Counted from the first letter of the stretch, positions 37,695-47,823 are shown. The stretch is 51,376 bases of DNA from an uncultured Dehalococcoidia bacterium (GCA_964343265.1 CAYFIW010000006.1:1-51376), one strand, 5' to 3'. Numbers and translations are program-made. The notes: a model not told the origin generated them from the sequence alone.

Positions 37695-38980
37695 AGACCG
37701 GCCTTTAAGAAGATTTCGTTGACGTATTTTGTGTAATGCTTATAGTCAAATAAGTCTTCCATTTCAGAAGGTGAAATCAGACTGGTGACTCTATTATCTA
37801 GAGAAATCAGTTCTCTGAAATCTTTACCCTCATCCCATGTTTTCATTGAATTTTCCTGGATTATTTTATAAGCTGTTTCTCTACTGATTCCCTTTTCCAC
37901 GAGGAGTAGCATTGTTCTTTGTGAGAAAAGTAAACCATTGGTTAATTCCATGTTATTTAACATGCGATCTTTGTGTACAACCAATCCATCTATGACTCCA
38001 GTTAGTAATCCCAACATGTAGTCCAAAGCAAGACATGCGTCAGGAAGTATTATTCTTTCTGCTGAAGAGTGGCTTATGTCTCTTTCACCCCAGAGTGCCA
38101 CGTTTTCAATGGCTGTGGTGGAATGACCACGAATTAATCTCGCTAATCCACATATTCTTTCGGTTAGTTCCGGGTTACGTTTATGTGGCATTGAGGAAGA
38201 GCCTGTTTGACCTTCCGTAAATGGTTCTTCCACTTCCCGTATTTCAGTTCTCTGTAGTCCTCGAATCTCAGTTGCTATTTTTTCTAAAGTAGCACTTATG
38301 AGAGCTAGAGTCGTTATGAAATGTGCGTGTCGATCTCTTTGTATTACTTGATTTGACACAGGTGCTGGGGTTAACCCTAATTGCGTGCAAACAAATGACT
38401 CTATATCAGGAGGTGCCGTAGCATGGGTACCGACTGGACCCGATATTTTTCCAACAGATATTGAAGTTTTCGCATCAGAGAGTCTCTTTTTGGCTCTTTT
38501 GGTCTCGTCATACCAAAGAGCGACTTTAAGACCAAAAGTCGTTGGTTCTGCATGAACACCATGTGTCCTGCCCATCATAAGAGTGTTTTTGTGCTTTTTG
38601 GCCAGATTTCCCAAGGATTGTTCTAGTTTTGAAATTTCTACATCCAATAGGGTTGCAGCTTCAACGAGTTGAACACTTGTGGCAGTGTCCCATACGTCGC
38701 TTGTGGTTAAACCCTGATGTAACCATCTTCCTTCACTACCAAGTCCTATGGTGGTCGATTGTAAAAACGCCGTCATATCGTGTTTGGTTTTCTTAAGTAT
38801 TTCAGTAAACACTTTGAAATCGTATTTAGCATGGCGGAGTTTTTTCATGTCTTCCTCCGGTATCAGGCCTTTATTGGTCCATGCCTCACATACGGAAATT
38901 TCTATCCTTAGCCATATGTCGTATTTATTTTTGTCAGACCAAACTGAAGACATTGCTGGTCTAGAATATCTTTCAATCAT
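37691..38980 (-). CDS. purB: Adenylosuccinate lyase
   Basis: MIERYSR, GRTHGVHAEP, GSSSMPHKRNP. Confidence 0.97.
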   Translation of the reverse strand: MIERYSRPAMSSVWSDKNKYDIWLRIEISVCEAWTNKGLIPEEDMKKLRHAKYDFKVFTEILKKTKHDMTAFLQSTTIGLGSEGRWLHQGLTTSDVWDTATSVQLVEAATLLDVEISKLEQSLGNLAKKHKNTLMMGRTHGVHAEPTTFGLKVALWYDETKRAKKRLSDAKTSISVGKISGPVGTHATAPPDIESFVCTQLGLTPAPVSNQVIQRDRHAHFITTLALISATLEKIATEIRGLQRTEIREVEEPFTEGQTGSSSMPHKRNPELTERICGLARLIRGHSTTAIENVALWGERDISHSSAERIILPDACLALDYMLGLLTGVIDGLVVHKDRMLNNMELTNGLLFSQRTMLLLVEKGISRETAYKIIQENSMKTWDEGKDFRELISLDNRVTSLISPSEMEDLFDYKHYTKYVNEIFLKAGL

Positions 38981-38995
38981 GTGATTAACCCTTAT

Positions 38996-40279
38996 TCAAG
39001 ATTTATATGACTCTATTTTTTCTTTGGATGCTATATCTCTCCTATAGTAAGAATTGGAAAAACTTATAAGGTCAATATTGGAGTAAACTTTCTCTTTCGC
39101 TATCTCTATTGTTTGGCCTTTTGCGGCAACTGCAAGCACTCTACCGCCATTGGTTTCAATGCAATTTGTCTCTTGAGATATCTTTGTGCCAGCATGAAAC
39201 ACGTTGACGTCACTATCTACTGTTTCAAGGCCTAATATGGGCACCCCGGTTTCGTAGGATGATGGATATCCTCCTGAGGTTAGTACAACAGAAACGCAAC
39301 TTTCATCCGCCCATTTGAATAATACGTCGTCTAGTGTACCTTCTGTACATGCCTTGCATGCTTCAAGTATGTCGGTGATCATGAGGGGTAATATTGCTTG
39401 CGTCTCCGGGTCACCAAGTCTGCAATTAAACTCCAATACTTTTGGACCTTCCTGCGTTATCATTAAGCCTGCAAAGAGTACTCCAACATATTTAGTACCT
39501 CTATTTCTCATACCGAATATGGCTGGATTCATTATTGTTTGTTCAATTTCTTTTATCAGGGTTGCGTTCCATAGAGGCGATGGAGAAAACGCCCCCATTC
39601 CACCGGTATTTGGACCAGTGTCTCCTTCGCCTATACGCTTATGGTCACAGGCAGCGATTAAGGGTGATATTGTCTCCCCATCAGTAAACGCAAAAACACT
39701 AATCTCAGGTCCTATCATGAATTCTTCTATAAGTACTTTATTTCCTGATTCACCAAATTTATGGTCAACGAAAAGGTCAGACAAAGATTTCTCTACATCG
39801 TTCATGTTTTGGCATATATACACACCTTTTCCTGCCGCTAGCCCATCCGCTTTTATAACTACCGGAAGTCCGAGTTTTTGTATTTCTTTCCGAGCCTCAT
39901 TTATCGTTTCCACAGATGAAAACATAGCTGTGGGAATGCCGAAGTCATTCATAAGTTCTTTGGCAAATGTTTTGCTTGACTCTAATTGAGCTGCCTTAGC
40001 AGTGGGACCAAAAACTTTTAATCCTTCAATGGAAAATCTGTCGACCAGTCCGTTTGCTAATGGCTCTTCTGGGCCGACGATCGTTAAATCAATAAAGTTC
40101 TCTTTTGCAAATTTTGCCAAGCTATTAATGTCAGCATATGGAATGTCTACGTTTGTACCTAGATGTCTTGTTCCAGCATTACCCGGCGCAATAAAAAGGT
40201 TTTCTAAAAGGTGACTTTGAGTAATTTTCCATGCCAAAGCATGTTCTCTACCTCCACTACCAACAAGTAATACATTCAA
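38996..40279 (-). CDS. purD: Phosphoribosylamine-glycine ligase
   Basis: GSGGREHAL, GPEEPL, KADGLAAGKG, GPNTGGMG, EFNCRLGDPE; TTG start with SD. Confidence 0.96.
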   Translation of the reverse strand: MNVLLVGSGGREHALAWKITQSHLLENLFIAPGNAGTRHLGTNVDIPYADINSLAKFAKENFIDLTIVGPEEPLANGLVDRFSIEGLKVFGPTAKAAQLESSKTFAKELMNDFGIPTAMFSSVETINEARKEIQKLGLPVVIKADGLAAGKGVYICQNMNDVEKSLSDLFVDHKFGESGNKVLIEEFMIGPEISVFAFTDGETISPLIAACDHKRIGEGDTGPNTGGMGAFSPSPLWNATLIKEIEQTIMNPAIFGMRNRGTKYVGVLFAGLMITQEGPKVLEFNCRLGDPETQAILPLMITDILEACKACTEGTLDDVLFKWADESCVSVVLTSGGYPSSYETGVPILGLETVDSDVNVFHAGTKISQETNCIETNGGRVLAVAAKGQTIEIAKEKVYSNIDLISFSNSYYRRDIASKEKIESYKS

Positions 40280-40433
40280 ATTAAAAATCACCTTCCTGCT
40301 CAATAAACATAACAGGGTTGTTTAATTTATAGTCAATCAGACGCATCCATGGTTTCTTTTGTATTTAGCTCCAATCAATTACGATAACCTAGTTAATTTT
40401 ATATCAATTTTATTCCCGATATTTATAAAAATC

Positions 40434-41213
40434 TTAAGCCAATGAGTGACTTTTCATATCATAAAACTTCAGAGCATTTTGAGACATGACTTTCTTTGAT
40501 TCCCTTTCTCCAAGTGCCTCAACGATTGTTAATAAATCTTGGTCCGTATAAATCCTAGGAGCACGTGTTGAAGGTAAATCCGTTCCAAACATTAATGTGT
40601 CGGGACTTATTTCATGGATTCTTTTAAGGGTTTCTGGAATGTCCATATCTACCCGGCCGAAGCCTGTCGCTTTAATTGCCAAACCTTCTCTTATTAATGG
40701 TAGAAGTATTTCTAGGTTGGAGTTTGATATTGCTAAATGATCAATGCATACTTTGGGTAATAAAGGAATTTGTTCCTTTAACTCATTAAGTGATTTAGGG
40801 CCGAGATATAATTCCACATGCCACCCTGCAAGATCATATATCCTTGTGGCCATGGTAATTAAATCATTTACATCAGCCGATCCACCTCTGTTTAAGTTGA
40901 ATCTTATTGCCCTTACGCCGATTTCACTTAATTTGAGAATTTCATCATCAGTGGATGTGACAGGCAGTTGTGTAACTCCCACAAATCTGGATCCTAATTT
41001 TTGCAATGCGTTAACTAGATAAGTTTGGTCAAATCCTTGAAATGATCCTGATACAACAACTCCACCTTGTATGTCGTAATCACTGACACGACTGAGGTAG
41101 TTAAGGACCGTATATTCATCAGGTATATAACCATCGTTTTCAAAGAGAGGATATCCTCTCTCTATTATGTGTAAATGACAGTCGAAAACAGGTATGTTAT
41201 GGAGATCTATCAT
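40434..41213 (-). CDS. Amidohydrolase-2 family protein (LigI-like lactonase fold)
   Basis: DCHLH, GVRAIRFN, WHVELY, IDH, FGTDLP; ATGA overlap with the guaA stop. Confidence 0.82.
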   Translation of the reverse strand: MIDLHNIPVFDCHLHIIERGYPLFENDGYIPDEYTVLNYLSRVSDYDIQGGVVVSGSFQGFDQTYLVNALQKLGSRFVGVTQLPVTSTDDEILKLSEIGVRAIRFNLNRGGSADVNDLITMATRIYDLAGWHVELYLGPKSLNELKEQIPLLPKVCIDHLAISNSNLEILLPLIREGLAIKATGFGRVDMDIPETLKRIHEISPDTLMFGTDLPSTRAPRIYTDQDLLTIVEALGERESKKVMSQNALKFYDMKSHSLA

Positions 41214-42880
41214 TCCCACTCGATGGTTCCAGGGGGCTTGCTTGTTATATCAAATACTACTCTGTTCACATCTGATACTTCGTTAGAGATCCTACTCGAT
41301 ATCTTTGCGAGGACATCGTATGGTAATCTGGCCCAATCCGCAGTCATGGCATCATCACTCTTCACTGCGCGTATAGCTATAACATGACCGTAGGTCCTAA
41401 AATCTCCTGTTACACCCACAGACCTTGATCCTGTTAGGACAGCAAATGTTTGCCATAATTCCCTGTATAGATCATTAGCCTTGATTTCGTCCATAACTAT
41501 CCAGTCGGCCTCTCTCAGGACGTCCAACTTTTCTCGGGTAACTTCTCCCATAATTCGGATTGCGAGACCTGGTCCAGGGAATGGCTGTCGATATACCATT
41601 TCTTCCGGTAACCCTAGTTCGATACCTACTTCCCTAACTTCGTCTTTGAATAAATAACGCAAAGGTTCTACTAGTTCCATCTTCATATGCTCGGGAAGAC
41701 CACCTACATTATGGTGTGTTTTTATAGTGGCAGACACACTATTTTCAGAACTCTTACTTTCTATAACATCAGGATACAGTGTGCCCTGTGTAAGATAATC
41801 CACTTTACCTAATGCATTGGCCTCTTCATCAAATACATTAATAAATTCATTTCCTATAATCTTTCGTTTCTGTTCAGGATCTGTAATGCCTTTCAAGGAT
41901 GTAAGAAAACGTTCGGTGGATTCACTGAAAATCAGATTTACATTCATATATTTTTCAAATGTATTTCTGATTCTCTCAGGTTCCTCTTTTCTCATTAATC
42001 CGTTGTTTACAAATATGCACGTTAATTGGTCTCCTACTGCTTTATGTACCAAAGTTGCTGCAACGGCTGAATCAACACCGCCTGATAATGCGCATATTAC
42101 TTTTCCACCACCAACCTGTTTTTGGATCCTAGAAACGGCCTCGTCGACGAAATTTTTCGAGGTCCAGAGTTGCCCCATACCACATATTCCGTAAAGGAAA
42201 TTGTCTATTATCTGCACTCCATGAGGAGTGTGTGCAACTTCAGGGTGAAATTGAATTCCAATCATCCCTTTGTCATTTCCTGTGATTGCCACTGGGGCAT
42301 TGTCTGTGTATGCCTTTCCTGAGAATCCAGGAGGTAGTTCAGTAATGTGATCTGCGTGGCTCATCCATACTGGTAGCGAGGAAGGGAGTCCACTTAAAAG
42401 TTTTTCATCTGAATTGTTTTGATGTAGCACTGAGTGCCCATATTCTCTTTTACCTGCGGGAGCGACCTTACCTCCTAGTTGATGGACCATGACTTGCATT
42501 CCGTAACATATACCTAGAACCGGAAGTCCACATTCGTAAACCCATACCGGTGCTAGGGGAGCATCAGTATCGTAAACACTGGATGGACCTCCAGATAAAA
42601 TTATCCCTTTAGGGTTTAGGTCCTTTACTTCATCCCAGGTAGCTGTATGTTGAACGATTTCACAGTACACTTTACTTTCCCTAACTCTACGAGCTATAAG
42701 CCGGCTGTACTGGGAGCCAAAGTCGATTACAAGCAAGGCCTCTTTTTGTGCTGAATGAACTGTTTGGTCAAGTTTCCCGTGACCTGACTTTTCTTGAGCG
42801 ATCTCAAGATAGGCTGATACTTCAAGGTCATCGCTGGAAGTTATTCGTCTTGTAGAGTCTGAGGATGATTCGCTGGGCAT
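41210..42880 (-). CDS. guaA: GMP synthase (glutamine-hydrolysing) with N-terminal extension
   Basis: DFGSQY, GICYGMQ, QFHPE, SGGVDS, KTHHNVGG, KPPGTIEWE; start uncertain. Confidence 0.96.
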   Translation of the reverse strand: MPSESSSDSTRRITSSDDLEVSAYLEIAQEKSGHGKLDQTVHSAQKEALLVIDFGSQYSRLIARRVRESKVYCEIVQHTATWDEVKDLNPKGIILSGGPSSVYDTDAPLAPVWVYECGLPVLGICYGMQVMVHQLGGKVAPAGKREYGHSVLHQNNSDEKLLSGLPSSLPVWMSHADHITELPPGFSGKAYTDNAPVAITGNDKGMIGIQFHPEVAHTPHGVQIIDNFLYGICGMGQLWTSKNFVDEAVSRIQKQVGGGKVICALSGGVDSAVAATLVHKAVGDQLTCIFVNNGLMRKEEPERIRNTFEKYMNVNLIFSESTERFLTSLKGITDPEQKRKIIGNEFINVFDEEANALGKVDYLTQGTLYPDVIESKSSENSVSATIKTHHNVGGLPEHMKMELVEPLRYLFKDEVREVGIELGLPEEMVYRQPFPGPGLAIRIMGEVTREKLDVLREADWIVMDEIKANDLYRELWQTFAVLTGSRSVGVTGDFRTYGHVIAIRAVKSDDAMTADWARLPYDVLAKISSRISNEVSDVNRVVFDITSKPPGTIEWE

Positions 42881-42947
42881 ATGTTGTCTAAATTTATACT
42901 CCAATAGCATGCTATACTCAACCTATCCTGGATAGAGGTAGCATGTT

Positions 42948-43583
42948 ATAGCTCTCATACGTTCAGTAAGCGAAAGTTCCATTAGTCTCGCCTCTGACAT
43001 TCTATTGGATGGCGGAGTGGTTTGCATACCCACCGACACTGTATATGGATTGGCTGCTTGCGTTTCTTTAGAAGAAGCTGTCGAAAAGGTTTTTCATATA
43101 AAGGGAAGACCTAAGAGTAGTCCTATGCCAGTTTTACTTAAAACCATCGATCAAATGCATAGATATACGTCTGAAATTCCTTTAACGGCTCAAATATTAG
43201 CAGAGCATTACTGGCCAGGTCCCCTGACCGTGATTTTGAAGAAATCAAGCAGTCTGAGTTCTTTGGTGACCGCAGGTCTAGATACAGCTGGATTTAGGAT
43301 TCCAGGACATCATGTGCCTCTAGAATTATGTGATCGGACCAAGGATGCGATTATTGGTACTAGTGCAAATAAATCAGGTGAGCCGGCCGCTACAAATATT
43401 GAAGAGGCTATAAAACAATTATCAGAATATCCTGTGGATCTGTTTTTGGACGGCGGCCCTTCCGGTTCATACTCTCCCTCGACTATCATTGATTGTAGTA
43501 AGGAGCCACCAAATGTTCTTAGAGAAGGTGCTTTAAGTAAAGAGGAATTATTCAGTACTATGGAAATTAGGGGAGTTGATTAG
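42948..43583 (+). CDS. tsaC: L-threonylcarbamoyladenylate synthase (short TsaC/YrdC type)
   Basis: PTDTVYGL, KGRP, WPGPLT, TSANKSG, PSTIID, LREGA. First standard start is TTG 43005, but the family-like helix extends upstream; ATA 42948 is proposed. Confidence 0.9.
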   Translation: MALIRSVSESSISLASDILLDGGVVCIPTDTVYGLAACVSLEEAVEKVFHIKGRPKSSPMPVLLKTIDQMHRYTSEIPLTAQILAEHYWPGPLTVILKKSSSLSSLVTAGLDTAGFRIPGHHVPLELCDRTKDAIIGTSANKSGEPAATNIEEAIKQLSEYPVDLFLDGGPSGSYSPSTIIDCSKEPPNVLREGALSKEELFSTMEIRGVD

Positions 43584-43586
43584 GGG

Positions 43587-44582
43587 TTGCAATTTTTATC
43601 AAACGAAAAAATAGAAAATTTAGTTTCAAGATCACTCAGAAATATTTTTGATGAAAAATCTTTACCCTTATACGACATGATGTCATATCACTATGGGTTT
43701 CATGAGGATATATTGGCTAATCAGATACGTCCCCATCAGGGCACACTTTTGTTAGTAGGTGTTGATAGTTTTGGGGGGGAAGTGGATTCTGCCCTGCCAG
43801 CCGCGATCGCAATAGAGTTGATCAATGGTTTTTGTCAGGTTCATGATGACGTTGAATCGGGTCGTCCTAGCAGTCAAGGTCGTGATTCCCTATGGTGGGT
43901 TTGGGGGCCTGCACAGGCTATAAATGCAGGAGATGGTCTCCATGCTTTGGCAAGAATAACAGTGCTGGGCCTGATAGAAAAAGGAGTGTCTCTAGAAAAA
44001 ACATATCGTGCGGTCAGTCTTTTGGATGAGGCATGCTTAAAAGCCTGTGAAGGTAGATTTAGGGATTTGGAAATTCAGGAAAGACCAGAAGTGTCTATTG
44101 AGGCATATCAGAAGATGGCATCTGACAGATCTGGGGCTATATTAGGGGGTGCATTGTCAATTGCAGGTTTATTGAGTGGGTTTGATGAGCAAAAAGTGCA
44201 ACGGCTTGTCCAGTGTGGTGAATGGCTAGGAGAATATTTTCAAATTCAGGGAGATTTGAATCAAATTTGGGATGCAGATACGACAGGTAATGTGGAATTT
44301 CTTAATAAAAAGAAATTGTATCCTGTAGTTGCTGCTATGAGTAAAGCCGGTCCATCGGAAAAGAGAAAACTGGGGGAAGTTTATTTTAAAAGGGTATTGG
44401 AACCGGAAGATCTGGCGACTGTGAGGGAGGTTATAGAGAAATTGGGCGGACGGGAAGACAGTATAGAAAGATTAAACGGCTTAAGAGAAAAATACATTAG
44501 TCATATATATGACCTGAGTAGCGATGAAAACCAAGCCTTAAGGTTGGTAAATTTCATCGACGAAATTGAAAAGGCCAAGTAA
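43587..44582 (+). CDS. Polyprenyl synthetase family protein with degenerate Asp-rich motifs
   Basis: A.AIELI..F..VHDD, WG.AQAINAGD, G..FQI.GD, KKLYPV. Confidence 0.8.
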   Translation: MQFLSNEKIENLVSRSLRNIFDEKSLPLYDMMSYHYGFHEDILANQIRPHQGTLLLVGVDSFGGEVDSALPAAIAIELINGFCQVHDDVESGRPSSQGRDSLWWVWGPAQAINAGDGLHALARITVLGLIEKGVSLEKTYRAVSLLDEACLKACEGRFRDLEIQERPEVSIEAYQKMASDRSGAILGGALSIAGLLSGFDEQKVQRLVQCGEWLGEYFQIQGDLNQIWDADTTGNVEFLNKKKLYPVVAAMSKAGPSEKRKLGEVYFKRVLEPEDLATVREVIEKLGGREDSIERLNGLREKYISHIYDLSSDENQALRLVNFIDEIEKAK

Positions 44583-45785
44583 GTGGTACAAAAGAAAAAT
44601 TTAAGGGATATTGATGTTTCTGGTAAGAGGGTATTACTAAGGTCAGATTTGAACGTTCCTTTTACAGATGATGGTATGGAAATAGCCAATGCAAACAGGA
44701 TTGTAGAGTCATTACCAACGGTACGTTACTTGGTTCAAAACAACGCTACTGTCGTGATTTGTTCCCATTTAGGTAGGCCGAAAGGTCAGAGAATTAAAGA
44801 CTTTACTCTGCTACCAGTTGCGACAAAGTTGGAAGAATATCTCATGCGTCCGGTCAAATTTATTGGTGAAAGTTCACTTGATGACGCTAAATATGCGGTG
44901 AATTTGTTGAAAGCTGGAGATATATTACTCTTGGAAAATCTACGATTCCATCCGGGGGAAGAGAAAAATGATCCAGAATTTTGTAAGTCCTTATCGGAGT
45001 TGGCTGATATATATGTAAATGATGCCTTCGGATCTTCTCACAGGGCTCACGCCTCTATACAAGGGATAACTAATTATCTTCCATCTGTTGCAGGCTTATT
45101 ACTAGAAAAAGAAATACAGTTTTTAGGACTTACATTATCTAATCCTAGTAAGCCATTTACGGCAATACTTGGTGGAGGAAAGATTTCGGATAAAATCAAA
45201 GTTGTGGAGAAGGTTGTGGAAATTGCTGATGATGTTCTCATAGGAGGTGGAATGGCTGCAACGTTCATAAAAGCAATGGGTTGTGAAGTTGGAAAATCAA
45301 TCGTAGAAGAAAGCTACATACAGAAGGCTAAAGACCTATTGGCGGTAAATTCTTCAAGTTTCGGTAATCTTTTTCTTCCGAAAGACGTTGTAGTTGCAGA
45401 CAAATTCTCATCTGAAGCAGCTACAAGGGTTTGTGCCATATCAGATATAAAGCCGTATGAAATATTAATGGATATAGGGCCATCTACAGTTTCGCTTTTC
45501 TCTTCTATTATCACAAAGAGCTCCTTAATCTTGTGGAATGGTCCGATGGGAGTATTTGAAATGAGCAGTTTTTCTTCGGGTACAAAAGCTATTGCAACAA
45601 GTATGGTAAATACACAGGCAATAACGATTATAGGAGGAGGATCTACTGTCGAAGCAGTGTCTAGTATTGGTTTAGAAGATAATATGACACATGTGTCTAC
45701 AGGTGGAGGAGCGTCTCTAGAATTTTTGGAGGGAAGAGAACTTCCAGGAGTGACTTCCTTGATGAATTCTGGCATTAGCAAATGA
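44583..45785 (+). CDS. pgk: Phosphoglycerate kinase
   Basis: DLNVP, SHLGRP, LENLRF, NDAFG, WNGPMGVFE, HVSTGGGASLE. Confidence 0.97.
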   Translation: MVQKKNLRDIDVSGKRVLLRSDLNVPFTDDGMEIANANRIVESLPTVRYLVQNNATVVICSHLGRPKGQRIKDFTLLPVATKLEEYLMRPVKFIGESSLDDAKYAVNLLKAGDILLLENLRFHPGEEKNDPEFCKSLSELADIYVNDAFGSSHRAHASIQGITNYLPSVAGLLLEKEIQFLGLTLSNPSKPFTAILGGGKISDKIKVVEKVVEIADDVLIGGGMAATFIKAMGCEVGKSIVEESYIQKAKDLLAVNSSSFGNLFLPKDVVVADKFSSEAATRVCAISDIKPYEILMDIGPSTVSLFSSIITKSSLILWNGPMGVFEMSSFSSGTKAIATSMVNTQAITIIGGGSTVEAVSSIGLEDNMTHVSTGGGASLEFLEGRELPGVTSLMNSGISK

Positions 45786-45800
45786 AATGGAGATTTTAAT

Positions 45801-47009
45801 TTGATTGATTTTCCGTATATGTCTAATTTAAGGCGTAAAACTGATTCAAAGATAGTGATGGTAGTTGTAGATGGTCTTGGAGGTATGAGCGATCCTGCCT
45901 ACGGTCAATCTGAGCTTCAATGCGCTTCGACTCCTAATCTAGATAAATTAGCTGCAGAGTCTTCCTGCGGATTAACTACGCCTGTATTGCCAGGGATAAC
46001 CCCAGGAAGTGGCCCTGGTCATATGGCTTTGTTTGGTTACAATCCGGTGAAATATTTACTGGGTAGAGGTATTTTAGAAGGTATGGGTATAGGGGCGGAT
46101 ATAGCATATGGAGACGTGGCAGCCAGGGGCAATTTTTGCCAGCTAGATCAGGCCGGTAATATAGTTGACAGAAGGGCTGGTAGAATACCAACTGATGAGA
46201 GTTTACGGTTGATAGATGAGTTGAATCTTATAGAATTAAACGGTGTCTCATTCGAAGTACATTCAGTTATGGATTATCGTTTTGTTTTGGTTTTAAAGGG
46301 AGGTGGTATATCTCCTGACATAACCGATACAGATCCTCAAATTGAAGGAGTGCCAATCTCTGTTTCTCAGGGGACATCCACTCTATCACAGAGAACATCA
46401 GCTGCAGTAAATGAGTTTACAGAGAAAGCAGTTTCTAAACTTAGCAAAATGTCTAATCAAGCAAATGGTATTTTGCTGAGAGGCTTTTCTGTTTTACCGG
46501 ACATTCCTAATTTCTCTACTACTTATGGTCTTAAGGCGGCCGCGATAGCTGGATATCCAATGTACAGAGGGTTGGCAGGCATGGTAGGAATGACTGTTCT
46601 TGAGTGTGGTCAAGATTTTAGTGATGAACTTGAAGTGTTGGAGAAAAATTTTAGTTCAGAATACGATTATTTTTTCCTTCATTACAAGCCGGCAGATAGT
46701 GCAGGGGAGGACGGTGATTTCGAAAGCAAAGTAAGGAAATTAGAAGCTTTTGACGCCTACATTCCCAAAATAAGGGCTTTGGGGCCAGATGTCATAGTCG
46801 TCTGCGGGGATCATGCAACACCTAGTTTGTTGAGTGGGCATAGTTGGCATCCTGTCCCGTTCTTAATAAATTCCAGGCATAGCGTGCCTAGTAACCGGTT
46901 ATTTGATGAAGAATCCTGCAAATATGGGTCTATAGGGTCTATACAGGCTGAACATTTAATGCTTTCGACACTTGCCAATGCAGGCAAGTTGCATAAATAT
47001 GGCGCGTAA
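45801..47009 (+). CDS. apgM: 2,3-BPG-independent phosphoglycerate mutase, archaeal-type
   Basis: VDGLG, TPNLD, TPGSGPGH.ALFGY, DRRAGR, D.AGEDG, GDHATP, HSWHPVP. Confidence 0.9.
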   Translation: MIDFPYMSNLRRKTDSKIVMVVVDGLGGMSDPAYGQSELQCASTPNLDKLAAESSCGLTTPVLPGITPGSGPGHMALFGYNPVKYLLGRGILEGMGIGADIAYGDVAARGNFCQLDQAGNIVDRRAGRIPTDESLRLIDELNLIELNGVSFEVHSVMDYRFVLVLKGGGISPDITDTDPQIEGVPISVSQGTSTLSQRTSAAVNEFTEKAVSKLSKMSNQANGILLRGFSVLPDIPNFSTTYGLKAAAIAGYPMYRGLAGMVGMTVLECGQDFSDELEVLEKNFSSEYDYFFLHYKPADSAGEDGDFESKVRKLEAFDAYIPKIRALGPDVIVVCGDHATPSLLSGHSWHPVPFLINSRHSVPSNRLFDEESCKYGSIGSIQAEHLMLSTLANAGKLHKYGA

Positions 47010-47022
47010 ACGATATAACGAT

Positions 47023-47787
47023 ATGCCAATATATGTTTTAGCCAATTGGAAAATGAATCTTTCTTATGAAAAGGCAATTTCGTTAGTTGAATATATATCA
47101 TCTATGCCAGAGACCCTGTCTGGGGTTGTAAAGGTAGTCTTATTTCCCTCCGCGCCATACTTGTTCCCGGTTTCAGGCGTTATTGAGGGTCATCCATATA
47201 TTAAGACTGGGGTACAGAATATCTATTGGGAGCGGTCCGGTTCATATACTGGAGAAGTATCAATTGATATGCTTCCTACAAATTGTGAATATGTTTTGGT
47301 AGGGCATTCAGAACGTAGGGCTAATTTCAATGATACAGAACCAAACATAAACAGAAAAATAGCTACAATTATTCAATCTGGCAAAAAAGCTGTTCTTTGC
47401 ATAAGTGAGGAGGAATTAAATGGAAATCTCAACAGATTCTATGAGGAAATGGTAAATAAAATCAGCTCGGCGGTAGCAGGAATTTCCGGGATATCAAGCA
47501 ATAATCTAATGTTGGCATATGAACCAGTATGGGCAATAGGTAGTGGTATAGCTGCTGAGGTATCTATGGTTAAGGAGAGGAATTCGATTATTAGCCATAT
47601 TTTGGAAGAGATTTCCGGTATTGATCAGTCACCTATGAATCCATACATGGTTTTTTATGGTGGTAGTGTAGATCACACAAATGCTGCATCATACGTCATT
47701 GAAGCTAATGTTAATGGGTTGCTGGTGGGATCTGCTAGCTTGAAAGCACAAGATTTTAAAGGTGTTATTTCCGCGCTAATAAATTGA
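47023..47787 (+). CDS. tpiA: Triosephosphate isomerase
   Basis: ANWKMN, GHSERR, AYEPVWAIG, YGGSV; alternative start 46999 overlaps the apgM end. Confidence 0.93.
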   Translation: MPIYVLANWKMNLSYEKAISLVEYISSMPETLSGVVKVVLFPSAPYLFPVSGVIEGHPYIKTGVQNIYWERSGSYTGEVSIDMLPTNCEYVLVGHSERRANFNDTEPNINRKIATIIQSGKKAVLCISEEELNGNLNRFYEEMVNKISSAVAGISGISSNNLMLAYEPVWAIGSGIAAEVSMVKERNSIISHILEEISGIDQSPMNPYMVFYGGSVDHTNAASYVIEANVNGLLVGSASLKAQDFKGVISALIN

Positions 47788-47823
47788 TTTTACTGTTTTA
47801 ATGCCCATGGAACTTGTTAGTAA

